The position numbers and the translations under genes were made by a program. Shown in pieces: positions 25,641 through 39,797 of a stretch of DNA of 64,000 nucleotides (position 1 is the stretch's first letter; every line of letters starts with the position of its first letter). Where the stretch lies: assembly GCA_964016885.1 (NCBI GenBank), contig OZ024741.1, positions 189,100,001-189,164,000 on the forward strand, in the 5' to 3' direction. This DNA comes from Eledone cirrhosa (lineage: Eukaryota). The notes beneath the pieces were generated by a model. It did not search any database, was not told the DNA's origin, and saw nothing but the letters and a program-made list of their open reading frames with translations.

Positions 25641-26129
25641 GGTTTGAGTTCAAATCTTGCCGAGATCAGCTTTGCCTTTCATCTTTTCAAAGTCGATATA
25701 TAAAGCACCAATCTAATACTGGAGTTCATTCTTCTGCTATATCTCTTTCTCACTTTCTCTCTCTTACTCTCACTCTCTTTCACGGGAAGAAATCACGGTG
25801 TTTACACTTGGAGAGGAATGGGCTCTACCAGGTTTAAATACCCAAGACTTGCCATATATCACTAAGGGGCCCCTATGGTTCAATGATGAGATAAGGATTC
25901 ATGCATGTATGCAATATACTGTAATATACCATAGTAAAGTTACAGTAATAGCAACAGGGTAAAGAGATATTATTGCTGTACATTGCACTAAGGTCTTTAC
26001 TAGTCTGAGTTCAAATCCCGCCAAGGTTAACTTTGCCTTTCATTCTTATGGGTTTGATAAAATAAATCAACAGTAATGCAGTGGGGTAATTGCTGGCCTT
26101 GTGCCAAAAGTAGAAACAATTATTTGTAT

Positions 26130-26420
26130 TATTGGATCTCCATCAGTCTTGACAATGAATATTCCAGTTGATGTGATCAACAGAACAACCTACTCATGAA
26201 AATAATGTGCAAGTAGCTGAGCAGTTCTCAGGGAGATTCAGCATCACACAGGGTGTGACAAGGCTGGTGCTTTGAATTACAAGTACAAATTATTTTTGCC
26301 AGCTGAGTAGACTGAAGCAACATAAAATAAAGAGTCTTGCTCAAAGAAACAATATGCCACCAAGAATCAAATTCATGACCTTATGATCATAACCCAAAGC
26401 CCTTAACCACTAAGCCATGT
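26130..26420 (-). mobile_element. SINE family C
   Basis: Minus strand begins atggcttagtggttaagg; homologous to 7000-7155. Confidence 0.65.
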
Positions 26421-26689
26421 ACCTTCCCAAGGATAATATGAGGATAGTACGGTAGCAAACATTGTACAGAAGCCAGTACTACTAACAAGCTGTACTACTA
26501 CAGTTAGTATATGGTAGTACGTTGGTGGTACTGTAGCAGATACTATTGCTGTACATCATGTACTGCTGTACATTTAACTAATATCAGTACTACTAGTAAG
26601 CTGTACAAGTACAGTTACTCCTGTTAAAAGTTCTTCCATTTCAGGTGATCATTGAGTGTCTGTCTGTCTCTGAACTCAACAACACTTCT

Positions 26690-27190
26690 GTGTTATCTAT
26701 GTATATGTCTGTGACTATCTGTGTCTGTGTCTGTGTGCGTCTGTGTGTGTCTGTGTTTCTGTGTGTGTGTCTGACTGTCTAGCTGTGTGTCTGTGCTTGC
26801 CTGTGTGTCTATCTGTGTGTGTCTGTGTGTCTAGCTGTGTGTGCCTGTGTGTTTAGCTGTGTGTGTCTGTGTGTCTGTGTGTCTAGCTGTGTGTGTGTCT
26901 GTGTGTCTAGCTGTGTGTGTCTGTGTGTTTAGCTGTGTGTGTCTGTGTGTGCCTGTGTGTTTAGCTGGGTGTGTCTGTGTGTCTAGTTATGTGTGTATGT
27001 GTGTCTAGCTGTGTGTGCCTGTGAGTTTAGATGTGTGTGTCTGTGTGTCTAGCTGTGTGTGTGTCTGTGTGTCTAGCTGTGTGTGTCTGTGTGTCTAGCT
27101 GTGTGTGTCTGTGTGTCTAGCTGTGTGTGTCTGTGTGTCTAGCTCTGTGTGTGTGTCATTCTCTTTGTTTGTGAGTTTATCTGTCTACCC

Positions 27191-27260
<70 letters not shown>

Positions 27261-30200
27261 ATCTATCTAACCATGTGTGTGTGTGTGTCTGTCTCTGCCT
27301 TTCTCTGCATGTTTATCTATCTGTTTATGGCTCTCTCTGTATCTGTGTTTGTCTGTCTCTCTGGCACTGTGTGTCACTGTGTGTGTCTGTCTCTCTGTCT
27401 GTGTGTGTGTTTATCTCTTTGCGTGTCTGTCTCTCTGTCACTGTATGTATCTGTGTCTGTCTGTCACTGTGTGTGTCTATCTCTCTGTTGCTGTGTGTGT
27501 CTGTGTCTCTGTCACTGTATGTGTCTGTGTCTCTGTCACTGTATGTGTCTGTGTCTCTGTCACTGTATGTGTCTGTGTGTCTCTCACTTCGCGTGTCTGT
27601 TTCTCTGTCACTGTATGTATCTGTGTCTGTCTGTCACTGTATGTGTCTGTCAATGTGTGTGTCGATCTCTCTGTTGCTGTGTGTGTCTGTCTCTCTGTCA
27701 CGGTATGTGTCTGTGTGTCTCTGTCACTGTATGTGTCTGTGTGTCTCTCACTTCGCGTGTCTGTTTCTTTGTCACTGTATGTATCTGTGTGTGTCTGTCA
27801 CTGTATGTGTCTGTGTCTGTCATTGTGTTGTCTGTGTGTCTGTCACTTCATGTGTCTGTCTCTCTGTCACTGTATGTGTCTGTGTCTCTGTCACTGTGTG
27901 TGTCTGTGTCGCTGTCACTGTGTGTGCTTGTGTCTCTGTCACTGTGTGTGTCTGTGTGTCTGTCACGGTATGTGTCTTTGTGTCTGTCACTGTATGAGTC
28001 TGTGTCTGTCACTGTATGCGTCTGTGTGTCTGTCACTGTATGTGTCTGTGTTTCTGTCTCTGTGTGTGTCTGTGTCTCTGTCACTGTGTTTGTGTATCTG
28101 TGTGACTGTCACTGTAGTTGTCTGTTTGTGTCTGTCTCTGTGTCACTGTATATGTCTGTGTGTGTCTGTCACTGTATGTGTCTCTGTGTCTGTCAATGTG
28201 TGTGACTGTCACTGTGTTTGTGTGTCTATCACTGTATGTGTCTGTGTCTCTGTCACTGTGTGTCAGGGCCACTGTGTGTGTCTGTCTCTCTTTGACTGTG
28301 TGTGTCTGGGTTTCTGTCACTGTATGTGTCTGTGTGTCTGTCACTGTGTGTGTCTTTGTGTCTGTCACTGTATGTCTCTGTCTCTCTATCACTGTGTGTG
28401 TCTGGGTTTTTATCACTGTATATGTCTGTGTCTCTGTCACTGAATGTGTCTGTGTCTCTGTCACTGTATGTGTCTGTGTCTCTGTTGCTGTACGTGTCTG
28501 TGTGTCAGTCACTCTATGTGTCTCTGTGCCTCTGTCACTGTATGTGTCTGTCTCTCTGTCACTGTATTTGTCTGTTTGTGTCTGTCCCTGAGTGTGTCTG
28601 TATGTGTGTATGTGTCTCTGTCACTGTATGTGCCTGTGTCTCTGTCACTGTGTGTGTCTGTGTGTCTGTCACTTGATGTGTCTGTGTCTCTGTCACTGTG
28701 TGTGTCTGTGTCGCTGTCACTGTGTGTGCTTGTGTCTCTGTCACTGTGTGTGTCTGTGTGTCTGTCACAGTATGTGTCTTTGTGTCTGTCACTGTATGTG
28801 TCTGTGTCGGTCACTGTATGAGTCTGTGTCTGTCACTGTATGCGTCTGTGTGTCTGTCACTGTATGTGTCTGTGTTTCTGTCTCTGTGTGTGTCTGTGTC
28901 TCTGTCACTGTATGTGTCTGTGTGTCTGTGTGACTGTCACACTAGGTGTCTGTGTGTGTCTGTCACTGTATGTGTCTCTGAGTCTGTCAATGTGTGTGTC
29001 TGTCACTGTGTTTGTGTGTCTATCACTGTATGTGTCTGTGTCTCTGTCACTGTGTGTGTCAGTGTGTCTGTCACTGTATGTGTCTGTGTCTCTGTCACTG
29101 TATGTGTCTGTGTGTCTATCACATTTTCTGTCTGTGTCTCTGTGACTGTATGTGTCTGTGTCTCTGTCACTGTACGAGTATGTGTGTCTGTCACTGTATG
29201 TTTCTGTGTCTCTGTCTCTGTGTCACTGTATGTGTCTTTGTGTCTGTCACTCTATGTGTCTGTGTCTCTGTCACTGTGTGTATCTGTGTCTCTGTCACTG
29301 TATGTGTCGGTGCCTCTGTCACTGTATGTGTCTGTGTGTCTGTCACTCAGTGTGTCTTTGTGTCTGTAACTGTATGTGTCTGTGTCTCTGTCACTGTATG
29401 TGTCTGTGTCTCTGTCACTGTGTGTGTCTGTGCGTCTGTCACTTTATGTGTCTGTGTCTCTGTCACTGTATGTGTCTGTGTCTCTGTCATTGTGTGTCTC
29501 TGTCTCTCTGTCACTGGGTGTGTCTGGGTTTCTGTCACTGTATGTGTCTGTATCTCTGTCACTGAATGTGTCTGTGTCTCTGTCACTGTATGTGTCTGTG
29601 TGTCTGTCAGTGTGTGTGTCTTTGTTGTCTGTCACTGTATGTGTCTGTGTCTCTGTTGCTGTACGTGTCTGTGTGTCAGCCACTGTATGTGTCTCTGTGC
29701 CTCTGTCACTGTATGTGGCTGTCTCTCTGTCACTGTATTTGTCTGTGTCTTTGTCACTGTGTGTGTCTGTGTGTCTGTCACTTCATGTGTCTGTGTCTCT
29801 GTCACTGTACTAGTCTGTGTGTCTGTCACTGTATGTGTCTGTGTGTCTATCACTGTATGTGCCTGTGTCTCTGTCACTGTATGTGTCTGTGTGTCTGTCA
29901 CTTCATGTGTCAGTGTGTCACTGTACGAGTCTGTGTGCCTGTCACTGTATGTGTCTGTGTGTCTATCACTGTATGTGTCTGTGTCTCTGTCACTGTATGT
30001 GTCTGTGTCTCTGTTACTGTCTGTGTGTGTGTCTGTCAATGTATATGTCTGTATGTCTGTCACTCTGTGTGTCTGTGTCTCTGTAACTGAATGTGTCTGT
30101 GTCTCTGTCACTGATTTGTCTGTGTCTGTCACTGTATGTGTCTGTGTCTCTGGCATTGTGTGTGTATGTGTGTCTGTCACTGTAGGTGTCTGTGTGTGTC

Positions 30201-33200
30201 TGTCACTGTATGTGTCTCTGTGTCTGTCAATGTGTGTGTCTGTCACTGTGTTTGTGTGTCTTTCACTGTATGTGTCTGTGTCTCTGTCACTCTATGTGTC
30301 TCTGTCACTGTGTGTGTCAGTGTGTCTCTGTATGTGTCTGTGTGTCTGTCACTGTATGTGCCTGTGTCTCTGTCACTGTACGAGTCTGTGTGTCTGTCAC
30401 TCTATGTGTCTGTGTGTCTATCACTTTATGTGTCTGTGTCTCTGTCACTGTATGTGTCTGTGTCTCTGTTACTGTCACTGTATGTGTGTGTGTGTGTCTG
30501 TCACTGTATGTGTCTGTGCCTCTGTTACTGTATGTGTCTGTGTCTCTGAAACTGTGTGTGTCTGTGTCTCTGTCACTGTGTGTGTCTGTGTCTCTGTCAC
30601 TGTATGTGTCTGTGTCTCTGTCACTGTGTGTGTCTGTGTGTCTATCAGTGTATGTGCCTGTATCTCTGTCACTGTATGTGTTTGTTTCTCCATCACTGTA
30701 TGTGTCTGTGTCTCTGTCACTGTATGTGTCTGTGTCTCTGTCACTATATGTTTCTGTGTGTCTGTCACAGTGTGTGTCTGTGTTTCTGTAAATGTATGTT
30801 TCTGTGTGTGTCTGTGTCTCTGTCACTGTCTGTGCCTGTGTGTCTGTTACTGTATGTGGCTGTGTCTCTGTCGCTGTGTGTGTCAGTGTGTCTGTCACTG
30901 TATGTGTCTGTGTCTCTGTCATTGTGTCTGTCTATCTCTGTCACTGTATGTGTCTGTGTGTCTATCACATTTTCCGTCTGTGTCTCTGTCACTGTATGTG
31001 TCTGTGTCTCTGTAACTGTGTGTCTCTGCCACTGTGTGTGTCTGTGTCTCTGTCACTGTGTGTATCTGTGTCTCTGTCTCTGTATGTGTCAGTGCCTCTG
31101 TCACTGTATGTGTCTGTGTGTCTGTCACTGTGTGTGTCTTTGGGTCTGTCACTATATGTGTCTGCATCTCTGTCGCTGTATGTGTCTCTGTCTCTGTCAC
31201 TGTATGTATATGTGTCTCTGTGACTGTATGTGTCTGTCTTTCTGTCACTGTATGTGTCTGTGTCTCTGTTACTGTATGTGTCTGTGTCTCTGTCACTGTG
31301 TGTGTCTGTGCCTCTGTCACTGTGTGTGTCTGTGTCTCTGTCACTGTATGTGTCTGTGTCTGTGTCTGTCACTGTATGTGTCTGCGTCTCTCGCATTGTG
31401 TGTGTCTGTGTATCTGTGTGACTGTCACTGTAGTTGTCTGTTTGTGTCTATCTCTGTGTCACTGTATGTGTCTGTGTGTGTCTGTCACTGTATGTGTCTC
31501 TGTGTCTGTCAATGTGTGTGACTGTCACTGTGTTTGTGTGTCTATCACTGTATGTGTCTGTGTCTCTGTCACTGTGTGTCAGGGCCACTGTGTGCGTCTG
31601 TCTCTCTTTGACTGTGTGTGTCTGGGTTTCTGTCACTGTATGTGTCTGTGTGTCTGTCTCTCTGTCACTGTATTTGTCTGTTTGTGTCTGTCACTGAGTG
31701 TGTCTGTATGTGTGTATGTGTCTCTGTCACTGTATGTGCCTGTGTCTCTGTCACTGTGTGTGTCTGTGTGTCTGTCACTTGATGTGTCTGTGTCTCTGTC
31801 ACTGTACGAGTCTGTGTGTCTGTCACTGTATGTGTCTGTGTGTCTACCACTGTATGTTTCTGTGTCTCTGTTACTGTCTGTGTGTGTGTCTGTCACTGTA
31901 TGTATCTGTAAGTCTGTCACTCTGTGTGTCTGTGTGACTGTCACTGTATGTGTCTGTGTGTGTCTGTCACTGTGTGTGTCTGTGTGTGACAGCCACTGTG
32001 TGTGTGCATGTCACTGTCACTGTATGTGTCTGTGTCTCTGTCACTGTGTCTCTTCCACTGTGTGTTTCTGTCTCTCTGTCACTGTGTGTGTCTGGGTTTC
32101 TGTCACTGTATGTGTCTGTGTCTGTGTCACTGTATGTGTCTCTGTCTCTGTCACTGTGTGTGTCTGTGTCTCTCTCGCTGTATGTGTATGTGTGTCTCTC
32201 ACTGTATGTGTCTGTGTCTCTGTAAATGAATGTGTCTGTGTCTGTCACTGTATGTGTCTGTGTCTCTGGCACTGTGTGTGTCTGTGTGTCTCTGTGTCTG
32301 TCACTGTGTGTGTCTTTGTGTCTGTCACTGTATGTGTCTGTGACTTTGTCACTGTGTGTATCTGTGTCTCTGTCACTGTCACTGTGTGTGTCTGTGCGTC
32401 TGTCACTTTATGTGTCTGTGTCTCTGTCACTGTATGTGTCGGTGCCTTTGTCACTGTATGTGTCTGTTTGTGTCTGTCACTGTATGTGTCTGTGTGTCTG
32501 TCACTATATGTGTCTGTCTCTCTGTCACTGTATGTGTCTGTACCTCTGTCACTGCATGTGTCTGTGTGTCTGTCACTGTGTGTGTCTTTGTGTCTGTCAC
32601 TGTATGTGTCTGTGTGGCTGTCACTGTATGTGTCTCTGTCACTGTGTGTCTCTGCCACTGTGTGTGTCTGTCTCTCTGTCACTGTGTGTGTCTGGGTTTC
32701 TGTCACTGTATGTGTCTGTGTCTCTGTCACTGTATGTGTCTGTGTGGCTGTCACTGTGTGTGTCTTTGTTACTGCCACTGTATGTGTCTGTGTGTTGATC
32801 ACTGTGTGTGTCTGTGTATCTGCCACTGCATGTGCCTGTGTCTCTGTAACTGAATGTGTTTGTTTCTCTGTCACTGTATGTGTCTGTCTCTCTGTCTCTG
32901 TTACTGTATGTGTCTGTGTCTCTGTAACTGTGTGTGTCTGTGTCACTGTCACTGTGTGTGTCTGTGTCTTTGTCACTGTGCGTGTCTCTGTCTCTGTCAC
33001 TGTATATGTCTGTGTGTATGTGTCAGTCTCCCTGTTACTGTGTGTGTCTGTGTCTCTGTCACTGCATGTGTCTGTGTCTCTGCCACTATATGTGTCTGTG
33101 TCTCTGTCACTGTATGTTTCTGTGTGTGTCTGTGTGTCTGTCACTGTATGTCTCTGTGTCTCTGTAACTGTATGTGCCTGTGTGTCATTTACTTTATGTG

Positions 33201-36088
33201 GCTGTGTCTCTGTCGCTGTGTGTGTCTGTGTGTCTGTCACTGTATGTGTCTGTGTCTCTGTCATTCTCTCTGCCACTGTATGTGTCTGTGTCTCTGTCAC
33301 TGTATGTGTCTGTGTCTCTGTTACCGTGTGTGTCTGTATCTCTGTCACTGTATGTGTCTGTGTCTGTGTCTGTCACTGTAAGTGTCTGTGTCTCTGTCAC
33401 TGTATGTCTCTGTGTCTCTGTACCTGTATGTGCCTGTGTGTCTGTTACTGTATGTGACTGTGTCTCTGTCGCTGTGTGTGTCTGTGTGTCTATCACATTT
33501 TCTGTCTGTGTCGCTGTCACTGTATGTGTCTGTGTCTCTGTCACTGTATGTGTCTGTGCCTCTGTCACTGTGTGTCTGTGTGTCTGTCACTGTGTGTGTC
33601 TTTGTGTCTGTCACTGTATGTGTCTGTGTCTCTGTCACTGTGTGTATCTGTGTCTCTGTCACTGTATGTGTCGATGCCTCTGTCACTGTATGTGTCTGTG
33701 TGTCTGTCACAGTATGTGCCTGTGTCTCTGTCACTTCATGTGTCTGTGTCTCTGTCACTGTACGAGTATGTGTGTCTGTCACTGTATGTTTCTGTGTCTC
33801 TGTCTCTGTGTCACTGTATGTGTCTGTGTGTGTCTGTCACTTTATGTGTCTCTGTGTCTGTCACTGTGTTTGTGTGTCTATCACTGTATGTGTCTGTGTC
33901 TCTGTAACTGTGTGTGTCAGTGTCTGTGTCACTGTATGTGTCTGTGTGTCTGTCACTGTATGTGTCTGTGTCTCCATCATTGTACGTGTCTGTTTCTCTG
34001 TCATTTTTTGTGTCTGTGTCTCTGTGTCTCTGTCATCGTGTTGGTCTGTGTATCTGCCACTGTATCTGTCTGTGTGTCAGTCACTGTGTGGGTCTGTGTA
34101 TCTGCCACTGTATGTGTCTGTGTGTCAGTCACTGTGTGGGTCTGTGTATCTGCCCCTGTATGTGTCTGTGTGTCAGTCACTGTGTGTGTCTCTGTCTCTG
34201 TCACTGTATGTATCTGTGTCTCTGTTACTGAATGTGTCTGTGTCTCTGTAACTCGGTGTGCTGTGTCTCCATTACTGTATGTGTCTGTGTCGCTGTCACT
34301 GCATGTGTCTCTGTAACTATATGTGTCTGTGCATCTGTCTCTCTGTCACTGTATGTGTCTGTGTGTCTATCACATTTTCTGTCTGTGTCTCTGTCACTGT
34401 CACTGTATGTGTCTGTATCTCTGTAACTGTGTGTATCTGCCACTGCATGTGTCTGTCTCTCTGTCACTGTGTGTGTCTGTGTCTCTGTCACTGTATGTGT
34501 CTGTTTCTCTGCCGCTGCATGTGTCTGTGTCTCTGTCACTGTATGTGTCTGTGTGTCTGTCACTGTGTGTGTCTGTGTCTCTGTCACTGTATGTGTTGGT
34601 GCCTCTGTCACTGCATGTGTCTGTGTCTCTGTCACTTTATGTGTCTGTGTCTCTGTCACTGTGTGTGTCTGTGTCTCTGCCTCTGCATGTGTCTGTGTCT
34701 CTGTGACTGTTGTATGCGTTGGTGCCTCTGTCACTGCATGTGTCTGTGTCTGTGTCTTTGTCACTGTATGTGTCTGTGTCTCTGTCACTGTGTGTGTCTG
34801 TGTGTCTGTCACTGTATGTGTCTGTGTCTCTGTCACTGTGTGTGTCTGTGTCTCTGTCACTGTGTGTGTCTGTGTCTCTGCCTCTGCATGTGTCTGTGTC
34901 TCTGTGACTGTTGTATGTGTTGGTGCCTCTGTCACTGCATGTGTCTGTGTCTCTGTGACTGTATGTGTTGGTGCCTCTGTCACTGTATGTGTCTGTGTGT
35001 CTGTCACTGTGTGTGTCTGTGTCTCTGTCACTGTGTGTGTCTGTGTCTCTGCCACTGCATGTGTCTGTGTCTCTGTGACTGTATGTGTCGGTGCATCTGT
35101 CACTGTATGTGTCTGTGTGTCTGTCACTGTGTGTGTCTTTGTGTCTGTCACTGTATGTGTCAGTGTCTCTGTCACTGTGTGTATCTGTGTCTCTGTCACT
35201 GTATGTGTCTGTCTCTCTGTCACTGTGTGTGTCTGTTTGTGTCTGTCACTGTATGTGTCTGTGTGTCTGTCACTATATGTGTCTGTCTCTCTGTCACTGT
35301 GTGTGTCTGGGTTTCTGTCACTGTATGTATCTGTGTCTCTGTCACTGAATGTGTCTGTGTCTCTGTCACCGTATGTGTCAGTGTGTCTGTCACTGTATGT
35401 GTCTTTGTGTCTGTGACTGTATGTGTCTGTGTCTCTGTTGCTGTACGTGTCTGTGTGTCAGTCACTGTATGTGTCTGTGTATCTGTCACTGTACGAGTCT
35501 GTGAGTCTATCACTGTATGTGTCTGTGTGTCTGTCCCTGTATGAGTCTGTGTCTGTCACTGTATGTGTCTGTGTCTCTGTTACTGTGTGTGTCTGTGTGT
35601 CTGTCACTGTATGTGTCTGTGTCTCTCTCGCTGTATGTGTCTATGTGTCTGTCACTGTATGTGTCTGTGTCTCTGTCACTGTATGTGTCTGTGTCTCTCA
35701 CTGTATGTGTCTGTGTCTCTGGCACTGTGTGTGTCTGTGTGTCTCTGTGTCTGTTACTGTGTTTGTGTGTCTATCACTGTATGTGTCTGTGTCTCTGTCA
35801 CTGTATGTCTCTGTGTCTGTGTGTCTGTCACTGTGTGTGTTTGTGTCTCTGTCACTGTGTGTGTCTGTGTGTCTGTCACTGTGTTTCTCTGCCACTGTGT
35901 GTGTCTGTCACTGTGTGTGTCTGTGTGTCTCTATCACTGTATGTGTCTGTGTGTGTCTTTCACTCTATGTGTCTGTGTGTCTATCACTCTATGTGTCTGT
36001 GTCTCTGTCACTGTATATATCTGTGTCTCTGTGTGTCTGTCACTGTGTGTGTCTGTGTCTCTGTCACTGTGTGTGTCTGTGTGTGTCA
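26690..36088. repeat. ~9.4-kb TG/TC minisatellite; main unit 24 bp GTCACTGTATGTGTCTGTGTCTCT, preceded by a ~22-bp GTGTGTCTAGCT-type block and (CT)n
   Basis: Direct inspection. All the Cys/Val/Thr-repeat ORFs here derive from it. Confidence 0.97.
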
Positions 36089-36596
36089 TGTACTTGACTC
36101 TTGTATACACCAAATGAAGTCACTTGACAACAGTAATTTGTAATCACTACCACAACCACAATAAAACTAGTTACCACTACTACAACTACCAACATCACCA
36201 TCACTACTACTACTACTACATCACCATGACCACCACCACCCCCTTCATTGTTCCCTGATAGTATTTACTGATGTTGCTCACTAATGGTGTTCACTGGCCA
36301 TGTTCATAGGTAGTGTTTACTCATGTCGTTCACTTGTGATGTTCAATGATCATTGATAGTGTTTACTGATGTTCACTGACCACGTTCACAGATGGTATTT
36401 ACTGATCGTGTTCATAGGTAGTGTTTACTCATGCCGTTCACTTGTGATGTTCACAGATAGTGTTTACTATACTCATGACTACATTGTGTAATGTGCCTTT
36501 TTCTTTTTCAGGATAGTGTTAATTAATTCATTGATTAACTTATTTGTGTGATTGTTCCATTGTTGCTAACATGTTGTCATTAAATTTGTTTCACAG

Positions 36597-36686
36597 ATCG
36601 TGGATTATTGGGGGCCATCCAAGAAGTTGTTAGGTGACATGTCATTCTTAAGTCAACTTCGAGATTATGATAAAGAGAACATCGCA
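36597..36686 (+). CDS. DNAH12: Dynein heavy chain exon 6 (IVDYWGPSKKLLGDMSFLSQLRDYDKENIA), not in the ORF track
   Basis: Read by hand: tttcacag acceptor, gtaggt donor at 36687. 90 nt, phase 0-0. Conserved DYWGPSKKLLGD motif that bridges exons 5 and 7 in frame. Confidence 0.92.
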
Positions 36687-38457
36687 GTAGGTTGATAAGT
36701 TTTTCAAGATTTTCCATAATTCTGATTTTAATTTCCTCAAATTTCTTTTTTAGAAAATGTATTCATTAACCAGGTAGCAAACTCGCAGAATCGTTAGGAC
36801 ATCAGATAGAATTCCTAATGGTATTTTTTCCAGCTCTCTGCCACTGAGTTCAAATCTTGTCAAAGTCAACTTTACTTTTCATCATTTTGAGGTTGATAAA
36901 AAAGTACCAGTCCAGTATTGGAGTTAATTCTTTCACTATATCTCTTTATAACTACCTCTCCTTCTCTGGAAAAAAAATGGTTATATTCTAACCTGGAGAG
37001 GAATATTCTCCACTAGGCTTAAAAAATGCCCAAGACATTCCATATGACACCCCTATGATACCATCAGGGGTTATGCATTCATATATACATACTCCTTAAC
37101 CATTCCATACCATATTTTTAATAAAAGACAATGCCGCTGATTTTCAAATAATATTGAAAAAAAATCAAGAAATTGGAGGGACTTAGTAATGTAGCTAACA
37201 TTTTCATTATGATGTTGATGTCTGAAACATAGATTAACAAATATTTTTTTTTTAAATTATGATGGAAAGATTTCAATAAATATAAACACTTCAAAATAAA
37301 CATTTTTACATCATTGGAATCATGGTCAGTTTCAGGGTTAAATTTCTACTTTAACATAAACAGACACACACGCATGCACACACGCATGCACGCACGCACG
37401 CACACACACACACACACAGTTCTAATAGCTGTCTATTTAGCACCAACATTTAGTGGGGAGATGGGTTTCCTTGGATTTCCTTAGCAGAGTTCACTGTATT
37501 GTAAGCATTTAGACCAGTCAAAGCCCCACTGCTTCACTGACATTTTTTCTTCTAATCTTCAATGTAGGTATCAAACACATCAATCTTCATTGACAAAAAT
37601 GATCAGCACTGTCCTTACAACCTCTGGTTGAATTATATCTATATATATGGCATGATAGAATGCACCCAGCCCATATAAAGTGGTTGGTGATAGGATGGGC
37701 ATTCAGTTGTAGAAACCAAGCCAACAAATAATAGCATATACAAAAGAGACATGAATTCTGCAAGCTTCATTGTTGCATACCTAAATCTATGAGTGTTTGT
37801 CTCTCTTTACCTATCTCTAAATATGTGACCATGTGTAGGCACAAGCATGGCTATGTCGTTGGTTATATGAAGGACATCCTACTGTAGAAGCCATGCCAAA
37901 AAATAAAAAGAATTATGAGGACCCTTTAGATTTATCAGAAGCACAACTTCTCTATAGTTGGTGATTTACATAACCAGTACATTCTGTAAAGTGTTAGGTG
38001 ATAGGAAAAGCACCCAAACACAGAAAACAGGTTAAGCATTGGGTCATGAGGACTCTTCAGCTGTGTTAAGGACATGACACCTTCCTTAGTGCTGGTGTTA
38101 TGATAAAATGCACTTGGTAGAATGAACAATTGTATGTAAGCAAGATTCAGGCACACCACCCATCTACAAAGTCAGGAACTCCACTTGAGTACTGATCAGC
38201 CTGTGATGACACATTCAACCTTTGTTAACAGGAAAAAATACATTAAATAATAGTCATCACCCTTTTATGTCAATTTTTCATGCTCGCATATATATATATA
38301 TATAATCATTTTATTAAGGTAATTAGTGAGTCTTGTTACTCTGGAGCTCCACTTGTTTATCATATAGTCATCAGACAGTTCTTGTCTGATGACTATATGT
38401 ATTTATGAGTTTTATATCAATATAAATCCCATAAATACATTTATGTAATCTACTATC

Positions 38458-38530
<73 letters not shown>

Positions 38531-38648
38531 AATAGTTGGTGTTAGGAAGGGCATCCAGCCGTAGAAAACTTGCCAAAACAGTCAAGTGGGACAAAACCGT
38601 CCAACCCATGCTAGCGTGGAAGATGGACGTTAAATGATGATGATGATG

Positions 38649-38680
<32 letters not shown>

Positions 38681-39227
38681 TGTATGTATGTCTTTATTTC
38701 CAGTTGATACTACATAGGTAACTGATGATTTTTGTCTATACACAATATGTCCTACAAGTCAGCTGTTTAATGTGAAAAGGTTGGTACCTTACTTTAAAAA
38801 AAAAGTAAGGGTTAGCATTAAGAAAGACATTCAGCTGTAGAAAAACTGTCTTGTAAAAATCTGTCCAACTCATGCCGGTATAAAAACCTGAATATAAAAA
38901 TGATGTGTCTGTCCTTAAATGTGTGATATTGTACTTGTCCCTATTGATTAAATCAATGGACAAGATCCCAGATTTCATTTGCTTACCAAATGGGGTGGAA
39001 CTCATCAAATCAGACCAAAGAAACATTGTATTCTTGATCTTTCCATTGCTGATACTATCTACCAGTCACAACTCCTGACAGAAAGAGCAACATGAATTAA
39101 AATGTCTTGCTCATCCCTTAATGTCAGAGAAATTGATACAATGAATGTTTTTGTTGTTTATTTTTTTTCCTATTTGTTTATGCTTTCAATGTAAACATTT
39201 TGTGACATACTACGGTGTTTCTTTCAG

Positions 39228-39758
39228 CCTCATATCATGGCTAAGATTCGGAGTGAGTACCTGACAAATCCAGAGTTCGACCCAGTTAAAGTAGCAAAAG
39301 CTTCCTCAGCAGCAGAAGGCCTGTGTCGTTGGATTTCTGCAATGACAATCTATGACAAAGTTAATAAAGCTGTTGCTCCCAAAAAGGTTAAATTAGCCGA
39401 GGCAGAAAGTTGTCTGGAGAAGACTATGGGTAACCTGAGGGAAAAGCAGGCTGAATTAAGAGCAATTGAAAAACGTCTAGCTGACTTGAAAGCATCCTAT
39501 AGAGAAACCAAAGACAAAAAAACAACACTGGAGAAGGAAGTTGATTTATGTGGTAAAAAATTAACACGGGCTGAAAAACTGATTGGTGGTCTAGGTGGAG
39601 AAAATGATCGGTGGATTGCCGCAGCTGATTCTCTGCAAGCTACTTACAATCATCTGGCAGGGGATATGCTGATATCTGCTGGAGTGATTGCATATTTAGG
39701 TCCGTTTACTTCATCTTTCCGAGAAAAGTGTATCGCAAACTGGGTGCAAATGTGTAAG
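39228..39758 (+). CDS. DNAH12: Dynein heavy chain exon 7, MTBD end and coiled coil 2 (PHIMAKIRSEYLTNPEFDP...LIGGLGGE..RW...GVIAYLGPFT...MCK)
   Basis: ctttcag acceptor, gtatgt donor at 39759. 531 nt, phase 0-0. KASSAAEGLCRW, VAPKK and AYLGPFT motifs. Confidence 0.93.
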
Positions 39759-39765
39759 GTATGTA

Positions 39766-39797
<32 letters not shown>

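Noticed and set aside
27105-36143. Long Cys/Val-rich and Thr-rich ORFs (up to 807 aa)
   Set aside because: Open in several frames on both strands because the satellite unit has no stop codons; not protein-coding evidence.
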